Positions 9,074 through 18,463 of a stretch of 32,458 bases of DNA are shown here, piece by piece (the stretch's first letter is position 1; each line of letters starts with the position of its first letter). The notes beneath the pieces were generated by a model. It worked only from the letters and a program-made list of their open reading frames with translations. It ran no database searches and was not told the origin of the DNA. Origin of the DNA: Microgenomates group bacterium Gr01-1014_5 (GTDB lineage: Bacteria; Patescibacteriota; Microgenomatia; UBA8517; UBA10165); assembly GCA_007376395.1 (NCBI GenBank), contig VMGE01000002.1, forward strand, positions 143,118 through 175,575. The letters are read 5' to 3'. Both the position numbers and the translations under genes were made by a program.

Positions 9074-9961
9074 TCAATTTACTGGCATACTGATCTCTTT
9101 AACTTCTGGCTCGTCAGAAGCAAGCTTGCTTACATCTTCGTGGGTTTCTTTACCCAACCTGCGGGTCGTAGAAATCTTTTGACCAAGAGTGCTAAAACTT
9201 GAAAAAACTTGGCTCATCATGTTTGAGGCGTTGTTTAGATGCTTGCCTAAAACCCCTAAACCTTCTTCTACTTTAAAGTAGTCTTTTTCTACGGCACGGA
9301 TAGCAGATAAAATTTCCCGCGCCTGGGATTCAATTTTTTGTCCCTCAAATGACATTAAAATCGATTGTAAAAAAGCATAAAAAGTCGAAGGGCAAACAGG
9401 TAAAACCCGCTTCTCTTGTCCATACTCCCAAAGTCCCTCTGCATTGCAAATCTCGTAATATACATTTTCTGACGGAATATACATTAAGGCAAAATCAATC
9501 GTACCTTCGTCAGTTAAAATATATTTCTTGGAAATATCGTCCATATGTTTTTTAACATCCCGGGCGAACTCTTTTTCGTACATCTTTTTGTCTGCTTCGT
9601 TTTCTGCTCCCATCATTTTCTTAAAATTCTCCATGGGAAACTTTGAATCAATTGGGATTACCCCACCGCTGGTTGTAACCGCGGCATCAACTATGGCACC
9701 AGATTTAAAAGCGTATTGGAGGTGAAATTTTTGTTTGGGAAGCATTTGAGTTAAAAGCTCTTTTAAGACTTGTTCTCCTATGTTGCCCCGCAACTTCGGG
9801 GAACGCAGAAATTCTTGCAAATCACGCATATTGCGCCCTATTTCACTCATCTCGCCTACTGATTTTTGTACGCCCATAATTACACGGGCGGCGTTGTCCA
9901 AACGTTCGTTAAAAGTTTTAGCTTGTTCCTCAAGACGGGAGTTGGTCGTCTGCATGAGCAT
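9074..9961 (-). CDS. rmuC: DNA recombination protein RmuC (N-terminal anchor apparently detached)
   Basis: PKLRGNIGEQVL, IPIDSKFP, ISKKYI, TIDFALMYIPSE, VCPSTF. Confidence 0.9.
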   Translation of the reverse strand: MLMQTTNSRLEEQAKTFNERLDNAARVIMGVQKSVGEMSEIGRNMRDLQEFLRSPKLRGNIGEQVLKELLTQMLPKQKFHLQYAFKSGAIVDAAVTTSGGVIPIDSKFPMENFKKMMGAENEADKKMYEKEFARDVKKHMDDISKKYILTDEGTIDFALMYIPSENVYYEICNAEGLWEYGQEKRVLPVCPSTFYAFLQSILMSFEGQKIESQAREILSAIRAVEKDYFKVEEGLGVLGKHLNNASNMMSQVFSSFSTLGQKISTTRRLGKETHEDVSKLASDEPEVKEISMPVN

Positions 9962-10028
9962 TAAACCAGGCTAGAAAAAAGAAAGCAAAAGCTATACCGC
10001 CAAGAATAAAGAAGAGTTCAGCAGACAT
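9930..10028 (-). pseudogene. Out-of-frame N-terminal TM segment, probably belonging to rmuC
   Basis: ATG 10028 gives MSAELFFILGGIAFAFFFLAWFN..., preceded by TGGTACAAT; frame differs from the rmuC body. Confidence 0.6.
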
Positions 10029-10075
10029 GGTATGATATTGTACCACAGCCTTGTCCGCCGGCAGGCGGGTTCGAC

Positions 10076-10402
10076 ATGCTCAAACCTAGACAGAAAATTA
10101 TTAGAAAAAATTTCGTTGCTACTTTTTTACTCACCTTTCTTCTCTGGACAATTTGGGCAATTTTATTCTTTTTTACCCCTCCGGAATATTTCCTGACGCC
10201 ATTAGTTTTTTTGTTAATTAGTTTCCTGGCAATTCTTTTTACTTTTGCCTTACTTTTTGCTAATACAAGGCGGGGTTTATTGGTAGCACTTGGAGCTGTT
10301 GCCTTTATGGCACTGCGTTACTACGAAATCGGAAACTATTTGAATTTGTTACTTCTTGCTGGCGTCCTTTTAAGCCTTGAATATTACCTTTCAAACAATT
10401 AA
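10076..10402 (+). CDS. Small multi-TM membrane protein
   Basis: About 4 hydrophobic segments in 108 aa. Confidence 0.75.
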   Translation: MLKPRQKIIRKNFVATFLLTFLLWTIWAILFFFTPPEYFLTPLVFLLISFLAILFTFALLFANTRRGLLVALGAVAFMALRYYEIGNYLNLLLLAGVLLSLEYYLSNN

Positions 10403-10612
10403 GTCGCAAAAAGAGTCGCGGTTTCTTACTGGCTCGATAAAAAACGTAGCTATGAAAATATTCACGAAAACCTGAAAGTTTCCAGCGCCACAATCGCCGT
10501 AATTCAAAATTCAATGAAAGAGCCTGGCGTTAGGCTCGCGCTTCAAAAGATTAAAGCAGAAGAATGGGCCAACGTCTGGACCCAAAAAATCCGCAAATTT
10601 GTCAAAGTATAG
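10403..10612 (+). pseudogene. C-terminal half of TrpR-like (YerC/YecD) HTH regulator, no start codon
   Basis: VAKRVAVSYWLDKKRSYENIHENLKVSSATIAVIQ...* resembles the TrpR/YerC HTH; begins directly after the upstream TAA. Confidence 0.65.
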
Positions 10613-10628
10613 CCACGAGGAGTATACT
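10599..10628 (+). promoter_or_regulatory. Sigma70-type promoter for the metG leader
   Basis: TTGTCA-18 nt-TATACT, 9 nt before the leader ATG. Confidence 0.65.
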
Positions 10629-10637
10629 TAGCGCTAT

Positions 10638-10685
10638 ATGAATCAAGCCTCCAAAATCATGACTGCCATGATGATGATCGCCTAA
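10638..10685 (+). CDS. Met-rich leader peptide MNQASKIMTAMMMIA
   Basis: Four internal ATG codons, three consecutive, directly upstream of metG. Confidence 0.85.
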   Translation: MNQASKIMTAMMMIA

Positions 10686-10754
10686 AGCGGTCTGGAGGTT
10701 GTTGTTATCAAAATAATTAATTACACTAACCTCCAGTAGGAGGTTTTTGCTTTT
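10645..10754 (+). promoter_or_regulatory. Ribosome-mediated transcription attenuator of metG
   Basis: Seg1 AGCCTCCA (~10646-10653), seg2 CTGGAGGTT (10692-10700), seg3 AACCTCCAG (10728-10736), seg4 GGAGGTT (10739-10745); pairings are mutually exclusive. Confidence 0.82.
10728..10754 (+). terminator. Intrinsic terminator (3:4 hairpin)
   Basis: AACCTCC-AGTA-GGAGGTT followed by TTTGCTTTT. Confidence 0.85.
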
Positions 10755-10781
10755 CTACAGCCTTTTTACAAATAGCAAAGC

Positions 10782-10810
10782 ATCCTTCCGAAGCTTTAGC
10801 GAAGGAGGAT
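10782..10810. repeat. Family A palindrome in the metG 5' UTR
   Basis: ATCCTTCC-GAA-GC-TTTA-GC-GAA-GGAGGAT. Confidence 0.8.
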
Positions 10811-10822
10811 TATTCAACTATC

Positions 10823-12247
10823 ATGAACAAATACTACGTCTCAACACCAATCTACTATGTCAACGACGTGCCGCATATTGGCCATGCCTACACCACACTT
10901 GCTGCCGATGTTTTAGCGCGCTACAACAAGCAACTTGGTAAAGACGTCTTTTTTCTGACTGGTACCGACGAGCATGGTGCCAAGGTCGCTCAAGCAGCAA
11001 AAGATGCTGGGAAAGAGCCCAAAGAGTATGCCGATTCAGTTGTTTCTGGATTTCAGGATGCCTGGAAACTTCTTAATATCGACTTCGATCACTTTATAAG
11101 AACAACAGACCCTAGGCATGAGAAAATTGCTTCAGAAGTTTTACAAAAGATTTTTGACAATGGATATATCTATGAAGGTGAATACGAAGGTTTATATTGC
11201 GAGGGCTGTGAGAAGTTTTTAACAGAAGCAGACTTAGTCGATGGTAAATGCCCCCTTCATCCGAACAAAGAACCCGTCCAACAAAAAGAAAAGAATTATT
11301 TTTTTAAACTTTCAGAATTCCAAAGTTGGCTTATTGAAATCTTTGAGAAAGACGAAGTCAAAATTCTTCCGGAAAGCCGCAAAAATGAGGTTTTAGGAAA
11401 ACTTAAACTGGGATTGCAAGATATTTCTGTTTCCAGAGCCGAAGTATCTTGGGGAATTCCTGTACCTTGGGATAATTCACAAACGATTTATGTCTGGGTA
11501 GAAGCACTGCTTAATTACCACACAGCAACTAAATTCCTAGAAGGTAAGGAAAAGTTTTGGCCAGCAGACTTACACCTCGTGGGAAAAGACATTTTATGGT
11601 TCCATACAATTATCTGGTGTGCTCTACTCAAGGCCGCCGGGATTGAACTTCCAAAACAAGTCTTTGCGCATGGATTCTTCACTGTTAATGGCCAAAAGAT
11701 GTCTAAATCGTTGGGTAATGTTATCTCTCCAAAAGAATTAGTAGACAGATACGGTGTAGATGGCGCACGCTATCTCCTCCTGTCTGCTTTTCCGTTTGGC
11801 GATGATGGAGATTTCTCATTTGAAAAGCTCGATACAAAATTTAATGCAGAACTGGCAAATAATCTCGGAAATTTGGTATCTCGTGTTGCTAAATTATGCG
11901 AAACTGGCAATGTTGATATTGGCCCACAACAGCCAAATTCTCAGCACCATCTACCCTTTACAGAAAAACATATCCAGAACTTAGAATTTGATTCTGTCTT
12001 ACAACTGGCAACTGGGTATGTTGATCAAGTTAACAAACAAATAGATGAAACCAAACCTTGGGAAAATATAGAAAGCAAACACCATGTGTTAATTGAACTC
12101 GTAGACACATTACGGCAAATTGCTTATGAAATTAGACCATTCGTCCCAGAAACAGCTGAAAAAATTCAAAACCAGTTTAAAGGGCCAAAAATTAAATCGG
12201 GTGAGCCCTTGTTCCCCCGCCTGCAACGCTTTGCCCGCTCGCAGTAG
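10823..12247 (+). CDS. metG: Methionyl-tRNA synthetase (short form, no C-terminal tRNA-binding domain)
   Basis: TPIYYVN..PHIGH, TGTDEHG, CEGC/CPLH knuckle, YVW, GKDI, KMSKS. Confidence 0.97.
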   Translation: MNKYYVSTPIYYVNDVPHIGHAYTTLAADVLARYNKQLGKDVFFLTGTDEHGAKVAQAAKDAGKEPKEYADSVVSGFQDAWKLLNIDFDHFIRTTDPRHEKIASEVLQKIFDNGYIYEGEYEGLYCEGCEKFLTEADLVDGKCPLHPNKEPVQQKEKNYFFKLSEFQSWLIEIFEKDEVKILPESRKNEVLGKLKLGLQDISVSRAEVSWGIPVPWDNSQTIYVWVEALLNYHTATKFLEGKEKFWPADLHLVGKDILWFHTIIWCALLKAAGIELPKQVFAHGFFTVNGQKMSKSLGNVISPKELVDRYGVDGARYLLLSAFPFGDDGDFSFEKLDTKFNAELANNLGNLVSRVAKLCETGNVDIGPQQPNSQHHLPFTEKHIQNLEFDSVLQLATGYVDQVNKQIDETKPWENIESKHHVLIELVDTLRQIAYEIRPFVPETAEKIQNQFKGPKIKSGEPLFPRLQRFARSQ

Positions 12248-12284
12248 TTACAGCGTTTCGGGCGAGCGTAGCAATGCGGGCAGG
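12216..12284. repeat. Family B palindrome overlapping the metG 3' end
   Basis: CCCGCCTGCA-ACGCT-TTGCCCG...CGGGCG-AGCGT-AGCAA-TGCGGGCAGG. Confidence 0.7.
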
Positions 12285-12297
12285 CCCGCGAATTTAA

Positions 12298-13623
12298 TAT
12301 GAGAGATCCACGGCAATTACAGCCAGTATTGCCCACCTGCGGGTTCAAGCATCAAAAAAATTTGATTGGGTGGGCGAGGCAAAATCATTCCAGGATTGGG
12401 ATAAAGTTCAGCATTTTGTGGTTATTTCAACCTACAAAGAACCTCTTCATATTCTGCAAAGAACTTTAACCTCTTTAGCAAACCAGGACTTGCCAACTAA
12501 ACAAATACATCTTGTTTTAGGCATGGAAACGAAAGAAGACGAGGGAGTAAGAACAGAGAAAGCTAAACATTTAAAAAAGGAATTTGGGCACGCTTTCGGC
12601 AGTTTCTTAGTTACGGTCCATACCTTGGTTCCCGGAGAGGTTGTCGGAAAATCCTCAAACGAACGTTATGCTATTTTAGAAGCCAAAAGAGAGATTTTGG
12701 TCAAAAAAAAGATAGACATCAAATACGCTACCGTCACTTCTTGTGACGCAGACCACACTTATCACCCCAAACACTTCTCTTGTTTAACTTATAAGTTTTT
12801 AGACGATCCTGATAGATACCACAAATTCTGGCAAAGTGCTGTATTTTTTTACTCTAATATCTGGCGGCTTCCTCCACCAACCAGAGTTGTCAACCGCATG
12901 TCCTCGATTTGGAATTTGGCACAACTTCCGAGGCGTGACAGGCTGGTTAATGCCCAAAATTACTCTCTTTCATTTAAGCTTTTAGACGAAACCGGTTATT
13001 GGGACGCTGATCTTATTCCAGAAGATTATCACATCTTTTTTAAAGCTTTTTATAAATCTGGAGGGAAAGTTGAAGTCGAGGCGCTTTACCTTCCACTCCT
13101 TGCCGATGCACCAGAAGGTGATAATTGGATTCAAGCTATTAAAAATCAGTACCTCCAATATCAGCGTTGGGCCTGGGGAGTCTCAGACGATCCCTATGTT
13201 ATTAAAAACTATCTCTTAACTCCCGGTGTCTCTTTTTTCACTAAGTCATACCGTCTTTTAGCTTTGTTCCGAGATCATTTTCTTTGGCCAGTCAACTGGT
13301 TTATTATCACTTTAGGGCTTTCCGTCCCAGTACTCTTAAACCCCGAATTTGCACGAACTACTCTTGGGTATACTCTTCCCGGTCTATCCTCGATAATTTT
13401 AACCGTATCTCTTTCTTTCTTGATAGTAATGATTATTATCGAGAGCTACCACAGACCAGCAGCGCCTAAAGGCTATGCCCGGTGGAAAGTATTTCTCTCT
13501 CCTTTGGAATTTCTACTTCTACCAATCGTTGGCTTTGTTCTCTCTGCGCTTCCAGGACTCGACGCCCACACCAGGTTAATGCTGGGTAAATATATGGAAT
13601 ACCGGGTAACAGAAAAGAAATGA
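12298..13623 (+). CDS. GT2-family membrane glycosyltransferase; N-terminus appears missing
   Basis: ISTYKEP, GKSSN, CDAD, IPED, QYQRWAWG, C-terminal TMs. The frame is open from 12298 without a start; first GTG is at 12370. Confidence 0.85.
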   Translation, partial: YERSTAITASIAHLRVQASKKFDWVGEAKSFQDWDKVQHFVVISTYKEPLHILQRTLTSLANQDLPTKQIHLVLGMETKEDEGVRTEKAKHLKKEFGHAFGSFLVTVHTLVPGEVVGKSSNERYAILEAKREILVKKKIDIKYATVTSCDADHTYHPKHFSCLTYKFLDDPDRYHKFWQSAVFFYSNIWRLPPPTRVVNRMSSIWNLAQLPRRDRLVNAQNYSLSFKLLDETGYWDADLIPEDYHIFFKAFYKSGGKVEVEALYLPLLADAPEGDNWIQAIKNQYLQYQRWAWGVSDDPYVIKNYLLTPGVSFFTKSYRLLALFRDHFLWPVNWFIITLGLSVPVLLNPEFARTTLGYTLPGLSSIILTVSLSFLIVMIIIESYHRPAAPKGYARWKVFLSPLEFLLLPIVGFVLSALPGLDAHTRLMLGKYMEYRVTEKK

Positions 13624-15173
13624 TATACTCGAATCTGGTGCAAATATTTGGTCAAATCAGCCTGTTTACTAAAAAAATCAAGACTACTCCGATTACTCTC
13701 GTTGTTTTCTTAGTTATTTTACTCAGAATTCCCAACCTCTTTGAACCTTATTGGTATGGCGACGAAGCAATTTACCTAACACTTGGCGAAGGCGTAAGAC
13801 AAGGCCTGACTTTATACAAAGACATCTTTGATCACAAACCGCCGTTAATTTATCTTCTGGCCGCCGTTGCCGGGTCTATTTTTTGGTTCAAATTTCTACT
13901 TCTTGTGAGTCACACTGCCTCAGTCTTTATGTTTTGGAAATTGGCAGAAAAACTTTTTAAACAAAGTTCTATACCAGAAAAGAGTCAAAAAAGGGCTGTC
14001 TTTTTAGCTGGAGGGTTTTTTGCTCTCTTTACTACCTTGCCAATGCTCGAAGGCAACATTGCCAATGCCGAGATATTTATGAGTTTACCGATAATTGCAG
14101 GATTACTCTATGTCTTTTCTTTAAAAAGAGAGACGTTTGGCGCTCTGTTTGTTGCAGGAACTATTTTTTCAGCGGCAGTACTTTATAAAGTTCCTGCGGC
14201 TTTAGAAATCGGCGCCCTGTTTGTATTTTGGTTCCTTACGAGTTGGGGAAGTATTGAAAAGCTTAAACATGCTTTTTCTAAAAGTTTTGCTTTGGGTCTT
14301 GGCGTACTTACTCCAATCGCAGTTACGATTGTTTACTACGCTACACAAGGAGCGCTTAATGATTATTTATCAGCAGGTCTTTTGCAAAACTTTGGGTATA
14401 TTGCCAGCTGGAGCGCACCTGTAGTTTCCCAAACACAAGCGTTTAGCGGTGACTTTACTTTCAGAGCGCTTGTTTTAGTTTTAACTGTTTGTGCACTTTT
14501 TCTTCTCAAACGCCGAATTGACCAAACTTTACTTTTTGTTTCGCTTTGGTTTATCTTTGCTCTTTTTGCCATGCTTTTATCTGGCCGTCCCTACCCTCAC
14601 TACATCATCCAAATTATTGCGCCTTTAGGACTTTTACTTGCAATTCTGGTTAATGGCCGAGACTCGCAAAGGTTTTGGACTACGCCGCTTTTTTTAATTT
14701 TCCTGGCAAGTTTAGTTTTTTACAAATTCACGACTTATCCGACGTTATCTTACTACCAAAACTTCCTCTCGTTTGCGGTAGGAGCCAAAACTCACGACAA
14801 TTATTTATCCTATTTTGACCAAAGAATTCCCAGAACTTATCGCCTAGCCCAATACATCGCTCGTTCAACCAGCCCCAGGGACCGTATTTTTATCTGGGGA
14901 ACAGAACCGGAGCTGTACGCCCTTTCCCGTCGTTTGCCGCCAGGCAGATACACCACATCTTTTCATATCAATGATTTTGGCGGTCGCGAAGAAACGCTCG
15001 CCGCCCTAGAAAACAATCCCCCAAAGTACATTTTAATTAACACAAAAGAACAACGGGTTTTACCGGGACTGCGCCCTTTTCTCTATAGCCGCTATATTTA
15101 CCTTGAAAACTTTGGCGAAATTGAGGTTTGGAAAGAAATCGGTCCTGCTCTGATTCGAGCTTTGAGCAAATGA
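13620..15173 (+). CDS. GT-C fold (ArnT/PMT-like, GT39/83) membrane glycosyltransferase
   Basis: WYGDEAIY, LYKDIFDHKPPLIY, ANAEIF, YPHY, many TMs; ATGA overlap with the upstream gene. Confidence 0.85.
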   Translation: MIYSNLVQIFGQISLFTKKIKTTPITLVVFLVILLRIPNLFEPYWYGDEAIYLTLGEGVRQGLTLYKDIFDHKPPLIYLLAAVAGSIFWFKFLLLVSHTASVFMFWKLAEKLFKQSSIPEKSQKRAVFLAGGFFALFTTLPMLEGNIANAEIFMSLPIIAGLLYVFSLKRETFGALFVAGTIFSAAVLYKVPAALEIGALFVFWFLTSWGSIEKLKHAFSKSFALGLGVLTPIAVTIVYYATQGALNDYLSAGLLQNFGYIASWSAPVVSQTQAFSGDFTFRALVLVLTVCALFLLKRRIDQTLLFVSLWFIFALFAMLLSGRPYPHYIIQIIAPLGLLLAILVNGRDSQRFWTTPLFLIFLASLVFYKFTTYPTLSYYQNFLSFAVGAKTHDNYLSYFDQRIPRTYRLAQYIARSTSPRDRIFIWGTEPELYALSRRLPPGRYTTSFHINDFGGREETLAALENNPPKYILINTKEQRVLPGLRPFLYSRYIYLENFGEIEVWKEIGPALIRALSK

Positions 15174-15523
15174 TATTTGGTAGGCCTAAAATAATTCCAC
15201 AAGAGCTGTCTATTAAAAAGCCATTCTTTTTTGGTTTAGGAAGTCTTGTTGCCGCTTTGTTTTTTCTTGCTTTCTTCTGGCCTAGTCTACCTCCCCAACT
15301 TCCGCTTTTTTACAGCAAACCCTGGGGAGAAAGCCAGCTTGCGCCAAGCTACTTCATAGCTTTACCGATAATTCTATCAGCTCTTCTCCTTTTTGCTAAT
15401 TCCATTTTTGCGCAATTAGTAGACGGTTATCCGCTAATTAAAAGAATGCTTATCTTTGGCGCAGCTTCGGTTTGTGTCTTGGCAGCAATTACCGTTATCC
15501 GAATAATTCTACTCGTCGTTTAA
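15170..15523 (+). CDS. Small membrane protein (DUF1648-like)
   Basis: LPPQLPLFYSKPWGE and 3 TMs; start moved to the ATGA overlap at 15170. Confidence 0.75.
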   Translation: MIFGRPKIIPQELSIKKPFFFGLGSLVAALFFLAFFWPSLPPQLPLFYSKPWGESQLAPSYFIALPIILSALLLFANSIFAQLVDGYPLIKRMLIFGAASVCVLAAITVIRIILLVV

Positions 15524-15526
15524 TAT

Positions 15527-16630
15527 ATGTTTGATTTTACCCAACTTACTACTCTCTTTTTTTCTCCGGCAGGCGCCGCATTTATTATTTCTCTCTTGGT
15601 TACCCCTTTAATTATCAAATTGGCTCCTGTTCTAAAAATCATTGATGATCCAAAAATTCGCCGCCATCCGGCAATTTTACACACCAAGCCCACACCGCGC
15701 GGTGGCGGAATTCCCCTCTTTTTAGCAATCGCCGCGACAAGTCTTATTTTCTTGCCGCAAGACGGGCGGCTTCTTGCCATCTTGCTGGGAGGTTTGGTTG
15801 TTGTCGTTGTGGGTTTTCTTGATGACAAACGCGACTCAAGCCCTTACATGAGACTTGTGGCCCAATTTTTGGCTGCCGGAATTGTTGTTGCTTCGGGAAT
15901 CGGCATCTCTTTTATTTCAAACCCTTTTGGGGGAATTATTGACCTCTCAGGCTTTCAAATTAATTTTTCACTCTTAGGAGCTGAACACAGTCTTTGGATT
16001 TTTTCAGCACTCTTTGGCCTAGCATGGATTGTCGCCTTAATGAATGCTGTCAGCTGGTCGTCTGGGGTTGACGGGCAACTTTCTGGCTTTGCCGCAATTT
16101 CTGCCTTGGTTATTGCTATCTTTTCTCTGCAATACTCTGCCGATATTACCCAATGGCCGGTAACTATTCTTGCGGCTATCACCTTCGGTGCTTTTGCCGG
16201 TTTTTTACCTTGGCACGCTTATCCGCAAAAGATTATGCCCGGGTTTGGAGGAGCAACGCTTGCCGGGTACATGCTCGCCGTGCTTTCCATACTTACAACC
16301 GCCAAGGTGGGTATTTTGCTTGTTGTTTTGGCTATTCCGGTAGTAGACGCCGGGTATTCAATTGTAAGAAGACTAATGTCCGGAAAGTCGCCTGTGTGGG
16401 GTGATAAAAAACATTTACACCACAGACTCATTGCGGCAGGTTGGAGTAAGCAAAAAGTGGCTGTTTTTTATTGGATTTCAACGATGGTGTTGGGAGTTCT
16501 TGCTTTAAATTTGAATGCTACGCATAAGTTCTATACAATTGTAGGTATCACCCTCTTTGTCGGAGCGCTGATTATATGTTTAAATTCTTGGTTGCAGTCA
16601 TCAAAACCGCAAGACCGCGCCAGTGGATAA
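15527..16630 (+). CDS. WecA/TagO/MraY-family polyprenyl-phosphate GlcNAc-1-P transferase
   Basis: PTPRGGG, GFLDD, NAVSWSSGVDG, DKKHLHHRL. Confidence 0.9.
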   Translation: MFDFTQLTTLFFSPAGAAFIISLLVTPLIIKLAPVLKIIDDPKIRRHPAILHTKPTPRGGGIPLFLAIAATSLIFLPQDGRLLAILLGGLVVVVVGFLDDKRDSSPYMRLVAQFLAAGIVVASGIGISFISNPFGGIIDLSGFQINFSLLGAEHSLWIFSALFGLAWIVALMNAVSWSSGVDGQLSGFAAISALVIAIFSLQYSADITQWPVTILAAITFGAFAGFLPWHAYPQKIMPGFGGATLAGYMLAVLSILTTAKVGILLVVLAIPVVDAGYSIVRRLMSGKSPVWGDKKHLHHRLIAAGWSKQKVAVFYWISTMVLGVLALNLNATHKFYTIVGITLFVGALIICLNSWLQSSKPQDRASG

Positions 16631-17526
16631 AAAACCTTGCGATTTTCGCGGCGTTAGTCTTTACAGGACAATTCTATAATCCCGGACTCTTCGACAAGAC
16701 TTTACAAGGCTTTATCGCTTTGACGCTTGTCGTTTCTGCAATCTATTTTATCAACGATATCGCAGACGTACGCTCGGACAAACTTCATCCTTTTAAAAGA
16801 TTCCGTCCAATTGCCCGCGGAGACATTCCTGTTCCAATTGCTCTAATTATCGCCGGGGCAGGCGTATTTGCTGGTTTGTGGCTTGCTAATTCACTTTCCA
16901 ACTTCTTTTTTCTGACTCTGCTTGCTTATCTTCTTTTACAACTTGCCTACACCTTTTGGTTAAAGGAAATGGTAGTTATTGATATTTTAGTCATTGCCAC
17001 GGGTTTCATTATGCGCGTATATGCCGGAGCCTTCTTAATTGACGCCCATCTCTCAATTTGGTTTTTGCTGTGCGTTATTTCTGTTTCGCTCTTTTTAGCA
17101 GCGGGAAAAAGACGCGCAGAGCTTTTTATTCTTCATGAAAAAGCGGCCGAGCACAGAAAAACTTTAAGCCTATACTCCACCGACCTTTTAGACGCCTATC
17201 TTTCCATGTTTGCTACTGCTTCCTGGCTTTCTTGGGCGTTGTTTACTTTCTTCAAAGAAGACGAGACAAAGTTTTATCTTAGCGAGGCCGTATCCCCTAA
17301 TTTACTAGATACTATCCCGCTAACAATCCTTGGCTCAGGCAAGTTATTAATGATGACAATTCCGGTAGTTGTTTTTGGTGTTATGCGTTATTTGCGCATA
17401 GTTTATGAAGGATCCCGTGCAGAAACGCCCGAAAGAGTCTTAATGACCGATAAGCCGCTTGTTATCGCCTTTGCTCTTTGGACTACATTAATCTTTCTCG
17501 TCCTCTACGTCTTTCAGACGGGATAA
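16576..17526 (+). CDS. UbiA-family prenyltransferase (decaprenyl-phosphate phosphoribosyltransferase-like)
   Basis: RPRQWIKN, YFINDIADVRSDKLHPFKRFRPIARG, KRRAE. Confidence 0.9.
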   Translation: MFKFLVAVIKTARPRQWIKNLAIFAALVFTGQFYNPGLFDKTLQGFIALTLVVSAIYFINDIADVRSDKLHPFKRFRPIARGDIPVPIALIIAGAGVFAGLWLANSLSNFFFLTLLAYLLLQLAYTFWLKEMVVIDILVIATGFIMRVYAGAFLIDAHLSIWFLLCVISVSLFLAAGKRRAELFILHEKAAEHRKTLSLYSTDLLDAYLSMFATASWLSWALFTFFKEDETKFYLSEAVSPNLLDTIPLTILGSGKLLMMTIPVVVFGVMRYLRIVYEGSRAETPERVLMTDKPLVIAFALWTTLIFLVLYVFQTG

Positions 17527-17555
17527 ACGTCTTCAAGACACAGTAGTTGTCGATT

Positions 17556-18374
17556 TTATTCCACCTTCTTGGCATATTCTGAAGTAACCCAGCCTTCTTT
17601 GTCTTTCTGGTATTCAATTTTATACCAGCTTTCTTTTTCTTCAAGTAAAACATACTCTTCTCCAGGCTTTACTTGTCCTGATTCTGTGGCATTTTTAGTG
17701 GGTGCAGAGCGTACTCTTAAAAACCCTGTTGGCGTATCAGCTATTTTAACTTTTTCCCGCTGCGGCTCTTCCGCAAGGGCAGATTCTTCGTTTGCTTCAA
17801 CCGTATCAAGTTTAGCAAGCATAGCAACAACCGTCAGTTTATACCCTGCTCCGGCGCGCGCCTGAATCTGTCTCTCGCTGTAACCTGCTTGGGAAATTAT
17901 CAGTTTATGCTCGCCGACGGCAATGTCGTTTATCGGCAGTGGAGTAAAACCTCTGTTCTGACCATCTAAATTAACTTGCGCCGCGTCAGGCGTGGAAACC
18001 ACAGTCAAAGTAGCAGTGTTTCCAGACCTTTTCTCAAAGGAAAGGATTTCCCCTGCTGAGGCTTCCTCGATTTCAGCAAAATCTCGCCTAATTACCGTCT
18101 TAACGCCTTGGACTAGCGTTACTTTTGTCCCCCAAGGAGCAAGGCTTGTTTCTGTTGCGATTGGCACTAAGCGGATAGAAATTTCACCTGGTTTTTGCAC
18201 CAATTCAAAAGGGGTCGTTCCCATTTGATCACCGTCGATATAAACTGTGGCTTGAGGAGTCGTCTCAATTTGTAAACCCGCTTGAGCTGGTCTAAGTTTA
18301 GAAAATAGTAAAAACCCGCCAGCCCCCAAGAGCATTAAGATCACCCCCATAACTAACATCCATTTTCTCTGCAT
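17556..18374 (-). CDS. Membrane-anchored PEGA-domain plus SH3b protein
   Basis: N-terminal TM; two T/S-x-P..A.V..DG...G.TP repeats; LRVRSAP...WYKI...GWV. Start moved to ATG 18374. Confidence 0.85.
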   Translation of the reverse strand: MQRKWMLVMGVILMLLGAGGFLLFSKLRPAQAGLQIETTPQATVYIDGDQMGTTPFELVQKPGEISIRLVPIATETSLAPWGTKVTLVQGVKTVIRRDFAEIEEASAGEILSFEKRSGNTATLTVVSTPDAAQVNLDGQNRGFTPLPINDIAVGEHKLIISQAGYSERQIQARAGAGYKLTVVAMLAKLDTVEANEESALAEEPQREKVKIADTPTGFLRVRSAPTKNATESGQVKPGEEYVLLEEKESWYKIEYQKDKEGWVTSEYAKKVE

Positions 18375-18463
18375 TATAAGTTTTGCCCCGTTCAGCGGGA
18401 TTTGAACAGAATAGCAAAAAGATTTTAAGTTGACAACGGCCAACAAAAGACATAACCTAAAGC

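Noticed and set aside
10620-10822. T-box or SAM riboswitch upstream of metG
   Set aside because: No T-box consensus or stem I and no S-box core seen; the leader-peptide geometry explains the region.
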